A DNA stretch of 64,000 bases from sequence record DRR723986_3475, one strand, 5' to 3'. Each line of letters begins with the position of its first letter. Positions within the stretch are counted from its first letter, which is position 1. Position numbers and translations under genes: made by a program. The notes beneath the pieces are model-generated. The model made no database searches and was not told the origin of the DNA. It was given only the letters and a program-made list of their open reading frames with translations. Of the stretch, positions 58,696 through 64,000 are shown piece by piece.

Positions 58696-60953
58696 GAATT
58701 TGCCGTAAATCGTTCTATAAATTGATGATTGTATGCAGCGCACTGCTTTTTGCTTTCAATGCTAGCGGCCAGTCTTATAGTCAATATGTTGAGTTTGCCG
58801 ATCAAAAAATGATCGAAAGAGATTATATCTATGCCATCCAGTATTATGAAAAAGCAATGGACATGGATTCCAACTCTGTTGAAATAAGCTGGAAATATGC
58901 AGAAGCATTGCGCATGTATAAGGACTTTCCGAAAGCGGAGTATTATTATCAAAAGGTTTTTGAACGCGAAAACGCGAAAATTTACGACAAGAGTATTTTC
59001 TGGTTGGCCAGTGTGCAATATCTCAATGGGAAATACAACGAGGCATTGACGAACTGGAAAAGAGCGAAAAAAGTTTACAAAAGAGATAGGGACAGCTATG
59101 AATATTTGAAATCTCAACAAATGATCAAGAACTGTTTATGGGCAAGAAAAGCGATAATCGATACAACAGATTATATTGTAGAACCACTCCCAGATCCTGT
59201 TAATACACCCAACACAGAATTTGCTCCTGTTATTCATAACAACAAGCTTTATTTTTCCTCTTTACAGGCAGATTCCATCAATTATATTGAAGAAGTTTAT
59301 GCGAGCGAGTATTCTATTCAAATTTACACTGCCGAACAGGAAGATAGCATCTTTAAAAACGTTGGTATTTTGAATGATGTCGTTTCAAAAGATATGAATA
59401 CGGCGAATGGATCATTTAGCCCTGATGGAACAAGATTTTACTTTTCAAGATGCAACTCGAATTACGAGTGTAAAATTTATGTGGCCAAGGTGGAAGGTGA
59501 TAAATTTACTGATATCGATAGCCTTGGAGACATTATCAATGAGCCTGGTTATATTGCAACAATGCCTCACTGTACCAAAGTGGGAGAATATGAAGTGCTG
59601 TTTTACGCGTCAAATGTAAAGCACAATTACGGTGGACTAGATTTATGGTACTCAATTATCAAGGATGGAAACCAATATTCTCTTCCAAAAAGTTTGGGGC
59701 CTGATATCAATACCATGGATGATGAAATTTCGCCTTTTTACGATACACTTGAGAATAAATTGTATTTCAGTTCCAGTTGGTATCCAGGATTTGGAGGACA
59801 AGACATCTTTGTAGCTAAAAATTATAATTTTCAATTTAAAGAGCCTGAAAACGTTGGACTACCCTTAAACTCTACTAAAAATGATATGTATTATATTCGG
59901 GATTATAAGAATGAAACGAGTTATTTTTCATCTAATCGTGAAGGGGTGCAGTTTGCAAAAAATCCAACTTGTTGTAATGATATATTCTCTGCGAAATTAC
60001 CTAAAGTTATTATTCCGCCTGGCAAGTACGAGTCATTGGCAGATTTAAATAAGCATTTACCGGTGAAATTATATTTTCACAATGATGAACCTAATCCCAG
60101 AACTAAGGACACAACTTCTACAATTAATTATATGGAGTCGTACAATAGTTATGTGGCCCTAAAGCCAAAATATCGTAGAGAGTATTCCTCAGGATTAAAT
60201 GGGGATGACTCTGAAGAAGCAAAGGAGGATATAGATGACTTTTTTGTTCAATATGTTGAGCAAGGTGTTGCAGATTTGAATGAATTTCTAAGGTTATTAT
60301 TACCTGAATTAGAAAAAGGCTACGAAATTGAAGTAACTGTGAAGGGCTTTGCATCACCACTTGCTAAGACCGACTACAATGTACCATTGACAAAAAGAAG
60401 AATCAATAGCTTGATGAAATTTTTAAGTGTTTACAACGGAGGAGTTTTAAGACCTTATATGACGGGAACTGCAAGTAATGGGGGGAGACTAACCTTTGTT
60501 AAAATCCCTTTTGGTGAATATACAGCTGATCAACTAATCAGTGATAATCCGAATGATGCAAAGAATTCTGTCTACAGTCGTAAAGCGGGATTGGAAAGAA
60601 AAATTGAAATTCAATCTGTAAGTTTAGTCACTAAAGATTCAAGTTACGCCAAAATGCTGTTTGAGAAGCAAGCACATGATTTTGGTGATCAGCAAATCGG
60701 TAATCAGTTAAGTTATGAATTTAATTTCACCAACAGTGGTGAAGAAAATCTTGAAATTAGCAAGATAGAGGCAGATTGTGAGTGCTTGACTTATGATCTT
60801 TCACAAATGATTTTCCAGCCTGGTGAATCTGGAAAAATAAAAGTGAAATGGGATACTTCTAATAAATCGGGAATCACATTTTCTCGATTGACGATTCATT
60901 CCAATATTAAAGGCGGTAAAAAAGAATTAACGCTGACTTCAGAGTTGAAATAA
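58692..60953 (+). CDS. PorE-like protein: TPR + PD40 propeller + degenerate OmpA-like domain + DUF1573-like Ig domain
   Basis: TPR helices; LYFSS/FYFSR and GGLDLW/GFGGQDIF PD40 repeats; DYNVPLTKRR..PFGE..RKIEI; HDFG...FTNSG..L.I....CEC...PGESG. Confidence 0.8.
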   Translation: MRICRKSFYKLMIVCSALLFAFNASGQSYSQYVEFADQKMIERDYIYAIQYYEKAMDMDSNSVEISWKYAEALRMYKDFPKAEYYYQKVFERENAKIYDKSIFWLASVQYLNGKYNEALTNWKRAKKVYKRDRDSYEYLKSQQMIKNCLWARKAIIDTTDYIVEPLPDPVNTPNTEFAPVIHNNKLYFSSLQADSINYIEEVYASEYSIQIYTAEQEDSIFKNVGILNDVVSKDMNTANGSFSPDGTRFYFSRCNSNYECKIYVAKVEGDKFTDIDSLGDIINEPGYIATMPHCTKVGEYEVLFYASNVKHNYGGLDLWYSIIKDGNQYSLPKSLGPDINTMDDEISPFYDTLENKLYFSSSWYPGFGGQDIFVAKNYNFQFKEPENVGLPLNSTKNDMYYIRDYKNETSYFSSNREGVQFAKNPTCCNDIFSAKLPKVIIPPGKYESLADLNKHLPVKLYFHNDEPNPRTKDTTSTINYMESYNSYVALKPKYRREYSSGLNGDDSEEAKEDIDDFFVQYVEQGVADLNEFLRLLLPELEKGYEIEVTVKGFASPLAKTDYNVPLTKRRINSLMKFLSVYNGGVLRPYMTGTASNGGRLTFVKIPFGEYTADQLISDNPNDAKNSVYSRKAGLERKIEIQSVSLVTKDSSYAKMLFEKQAHDFGDQQIGNQLSYEFNFTNSGEENLEISKIEADCECLTYDLSQMIFQPGESGKIKVKWDTSNKSGITFSRLTIHSNIKGGKKELTLTSELK

Positions 60954-60985
60954 AGACACCAAGAATTTCCTATTTTTGTCTTCCC

Positions 60986-63910
60986 ATGAAAAAAGCAGTT
61001 TGCTATTTCTTATTCGTAGTACTAGTATTTTCTTGTGAGTCAAATGAGAAATCGAATTCGTTCGTAGAAAGGTTATCTTCGATCGAACATTGGGAATTTG
61101 GTGTTGAAGATAAGACCCTGATTTCAAATCAAAATTCGGTGTTGTTGGGAGGGAGTATTCGCGAGCTAGATGGGGATTCATATCTGCTTTTGCAAGATTC
61201 ACTTCAGCCGGTTGCATTTCAATCAAAACATTTAAACAAAGGGGATAGATTGAAAATCAATACCAACGCAAAAGGCTGGTCCGATAGTATGGTTTTCGTT
61301 TTAAGCTATTTTGATCAACAAAAAGTCCATACGCAAATACTAAATTTTAATTTTCCCAAAGTTGACAGTTGGCAGCTCAAGTCCTTCAATATTAAGATTC
61401 CTTGGGAACTTTTAAACTTCAGAATATCAGTTGCAGTATTGGAAGGGGAAGTTCGAATGAAAGATCTTGAAATAACTACGGTTTTTAATAAACGGGAAAG
61501 TTCTTTGCCTCTATTAAAGTTAGTAATTCCCGATTCTTCTCAGGCCCGGTTGGACGAGTATAAAAGTACAGCTTTAGCTAATGGTGTTATCTCTGATAAA
61601 GAGAAGAAATATGTGAAAGGTTTCATAAATGATGCAGGAACCTATGAACAAGTAAGGCTTAGAATAAAAGGGGACTGGACGGATCATTTAAAAACTGAAA
61701 AAGACTCTTATCGGATTAAAATGAAAAATTCAAATGCCTATAATGGTTGGAGGTCCTTTTCTATCCAAAACCCATCCACTAGACGTTATTTGAATGAGTG
61801 GGTTATCCATGAAATTGCTAAAATGGAAGGGCTATTAACCACAGATTTCAGTTTTGTTCAAGTTGAAATTAATAATGAGCAAAAAGGGGTTTATGCTATT
61901 GAAGAGCATTTTGATAAGCAATTGGTTGAAAGCTCTGCTTATCGCGAAGGTCCCATTTTAAAAATAGATGAAGGAGGAACATGGGAGAGTACTTTATACA
62001 ATCAAAATCATGAAGAGCGTGTACTATTCCCATATTTTGAAGCTGCGCATATTAGCGTATTTAAAAAGAACAGAACCCAGAAATCTGAAACCTTGTTTAA
62101 TCAATTTCAAGACGGGTCTAAGTTATTGAGCCTTTATTTAGATGGTCATCTTCAGTTGAATCAACTTTTTGACATGGATAAACTTGCAAAGTTTTATGTG
62201 TTGGCTGAATTGGCTGGATATGATCATACCACACGTTGGCATAATAGGAGATTTTATTTTAACCCTGTAACCCAAAAGCTTGAGCATATTGTTTATGATG
62301 TATTACCCTTTGCAAAAGAAGACGAAGATTTTTACATGAAAACGAAATTGTTGAGAGCAGGAACAGTACCTGAATTTGCTTTTGATAACGCACTGTTTTT
62401 AGATCCTATATTTAAAGAACGTTTTTTCTATCATTTAACCCTAAGGGCAAATGAAAATTACTTAGATTCTGTTTTTGCTCTTTTAGATCCTGAATTGACG
62501 TTTTTAGAAAAGTGTATTCAAACTGATGAGCCTGATTATTCATTTGAAAAGAACAAGTTCTACAATCATGTTGAGTTTTTGCAAGACAGCTTAGTTGGTT
62601 TTGATAGTTTGTGGGAAGTGAAGGCAGCAAAATTTGAATCGCCAATTGATTGGGTGAGGCCAATGGATTACAAGGAGCTGGAAGACACCATCTTTCTTGA
62701 CAATGTATCCATCAACGCTTATTCAGAAGAAATAGACTCGAATACCTTTCATGTTTTTATAGAGAATTATCATTTGAATGATGTTGAACTTAAATCAGTT
62801 CAACTGGACTCGGGGCAGAATTACATGTTTCAATTCAATGATTTGAGCAGATTGAAAGCTTTCTCGACTCTTGCAGATACTTGTTCATTTTATACATTAG
62901 ACAAACCGGAACGCATCTTTTTTGAGGCAGCAAATCATCCAGGAAAATTGTATTCGAAAAAAATCCTACCCTGGAAAAAACAATCAGGAAAAGTGGCTAG
63001 GTTGAATTTAGAAACACCCCATTTTAATGGTGTACAAAAAGTAAAAATACAAGGTGAGTTTGTGGTTAACAAGATGTTTTATTTACCAAAAGGAATAAAT
63101 CTTGAAATAGAGAAAGGTTCAAGAATTATTTTCGAAAAAGGCGGAGGCATAATTTGCAATAACGGAATCAATGCGGTTGGAACGAAGTATCGACCTATAG
63201 AATTTATTTGTCAAGATTCTAGCTCCAATGGCCTGACAATATTTAATGGAGAAACCCGGATGGAGCACTGTACAATTTCAGGGCTATCCAATTTAAATTA
63301 TGACAATTGGGTTCAAACAGGGGCTGTGAGTATTTACGAATCACAAGTTTCGTTAAACTATGTACGTATTTTTAATTCGTATGCTGAAGATGCGCTAAAC
63401 ATCATTAGAAGTGATTTTGAAATTTCTGATTTATATATAGATTCTACCTTTTCTGACGGTTTTGACGCGGATTTCTGCAACGGGATGATTTCAAACTCCA
63501 AGATCAAGAACACGGGGAATGATGGATTAGATTTTTCAGGGTCAACGATTTCGGTAATGTCGGTACAGTTAAAAAATATTGGTGATAAAGGCATTTCTGG
63601 AGGGGAGAGGTCAAACTTATTTGTGAAAAATGTCATTATTTCAGGTTGTTTAAACGGTATTGCTTCAAAGGATGAGTCTATGGTTTTTTGTATTGGATTA
63701 TCAATAGAGCATGCTCAGTGCCATTTGATGGCCTTCCAGAAAAAACCAGAATTTGCTCCCGCTGTGCTAGCAGTACAAGGTTTTTACAACTCAGATGATC
63801 AATTTAATAAACTTGTGGGATTGGGGTCTGAAGTAATAGTTGATGATAAATATCATCTTGGGCAACAATTTATTGATATTGAAGTTTTGTATAGTCAGTT
63901 TAATAAATGA
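60986..63910 (+). CDS. CotH-family atypical kinase lipoprotein with C-terminal right-handed beta-helix
   Basis: Lipobox FSC; RIKGDWTDH, SYRIK, GVYAIEEHFDK, WHNRRFYFNP..LEHIVYD; beta-helix repeats EDALN, SDGFDAD, NDGLDFS, DKGISGGE. Confidence 0.8.
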   Translation: MKKAVCYFLFVVLVFSCESNEKSNSFVERLSSIEHWEFGVEDKTLISNQNSVLLGGSIRELDGDSYLLLQDSLQPVAFQSKHLNKGDRLKINTNAKGWSDSMVFVLSYFDQQKVHTQILNFNFPKVDSWQLKSFNIKIPWELLNFRISVAVLEGEVRMKDLEITTVFNKRESSLPLLKLVIPDSSQARLDEYKSTALANGVISDKEKKYVKGFINDAGTYEQVRLRIKGDWTDHLKTEKDSYRIKMKNSNAYNGWRSFSIQNPSTRRYLNEWVIHEIAKMEGLLTTDFSFVQVEINNEQKGVYAIEEHFDKQLVESSAYREGPILKIDEGGTWESTLYNQNHEERVLFPYFEAAHISVFKKNRTQKSETLFNQFQDGSKLLSLYLDGHLQLNQLFDMDKLAKFYVLAELAGYDHTTRWHNRRFYFNPVTQKLEHIVYDVLPFAKEDEDFYMKTKLLRAGTVPEFAFDNALFLDPIFKERFFYHLTLRANENYLDSVFALLDPELTFLEKCIQTDEPDYSFEKNKFYNHVEFLQDSLVGFDSLWEVKAAKFESPIDWVRPMDYKELEDTIFLDNVSINAYSEEIDSNTFHVFIENYHLNDVELKSVQLDSGQNYMFQFNDLSRLKAFSTLADTCSFYTLDKPERIFFEAANHPGKLYSKKILPWKKQSGKVARLNLETPHFNGVQKVKIQGEFVVNKMFYLPKGINLEIEKGSRIIFEKGGGIICNNGINAVGTKYRPIEFICQDSSSNGLTIFNGETRMEHCTISGLSNLNYDNWVQTGAVSIYESQVSLNYVRIFNSYAEDALNIIRSDFEISDLYIDSTFSDGFDADFCNGMISNSKIKNTGNDGLDFSGSTISVMSVQLKNIGDKGISGGERSNLFVKNVIISGCLNGIASKDESMVFCIGLSIEHAQCHLMAFQKKPEFAPAVLAVQGFYNSDDQFNKLVGLGSEVIVDDKYHLGQQFIDIEVLYSQFNK

Positions 63911-63930
63911 AAATAGATATTTTTGCCCCA

Positions 63931-64000
63931 ATGATTCAGAAACATTTATTTATCGTTCTAGCGATTTTTTTCATCTCTTGTGAGCCTGAAATTGTGATTG
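63931..64000 (+). CDS. Lipoprotein, 3'-truncated by the window edge
   Basis: MIQKHLFIVLAIFFISC-EPEIVI lipobox; TATTTTTG at 63918-63925. An in-frame ATG at 63907 is an alternative start. Confidence 0.55.
   Translation, partial: MIQKHLFIVLAIFFISCEPEIVI

Overview
AT-rich chromosomal window from a Bacteroidota bacterium, probably Flavobacteriales. The lineage is inferred from T9SS cargo proteins, PorP/SprF, TAnnTTTG promoters and a dcw cluster without murF/ddl. Contents in order: two T9SS type-A cargo genes around a divergent HemF-like gene; a large PrsW-family protease behind a structured ~450-nt leader; MsbA-like ABC transporter; rbfA, LolC/E-like permease and S9 peptidase; a LytS/LytTR pair divergent from a TonB receptor plus two DUF4249 lipoproteins; the dcw cluster (mraZ to ftsZ, RDD gene, yqeY); a PHP tyrosine phosphatase, TPR, DUF2891 and a T9SS esterase; a nucleotide-sugar operon (WbpA/B/D/E-like, ugd, uxs, rfbB) divergent from waaA; a Cys-rich T9SS protein; gdhA; a type-B CTD cargo/PorP/PorE-like triad; and a CotH-like kinase lipoprotein. 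I see no rRNA, tRNA, CRISPR array, transposase, phage or defence genes. Most of the window is housekeeping. The least explained signals are non-coding: the structured prsW leader with overlapping small ORFs, a nested Flavo-1-like/REP element before yqeY, inverted heptamer arrays inside the dcw operon, and many promoter -7 boxes only 4-7 nt from start codons. All calls come from motif recognition by eye; no searches were run.
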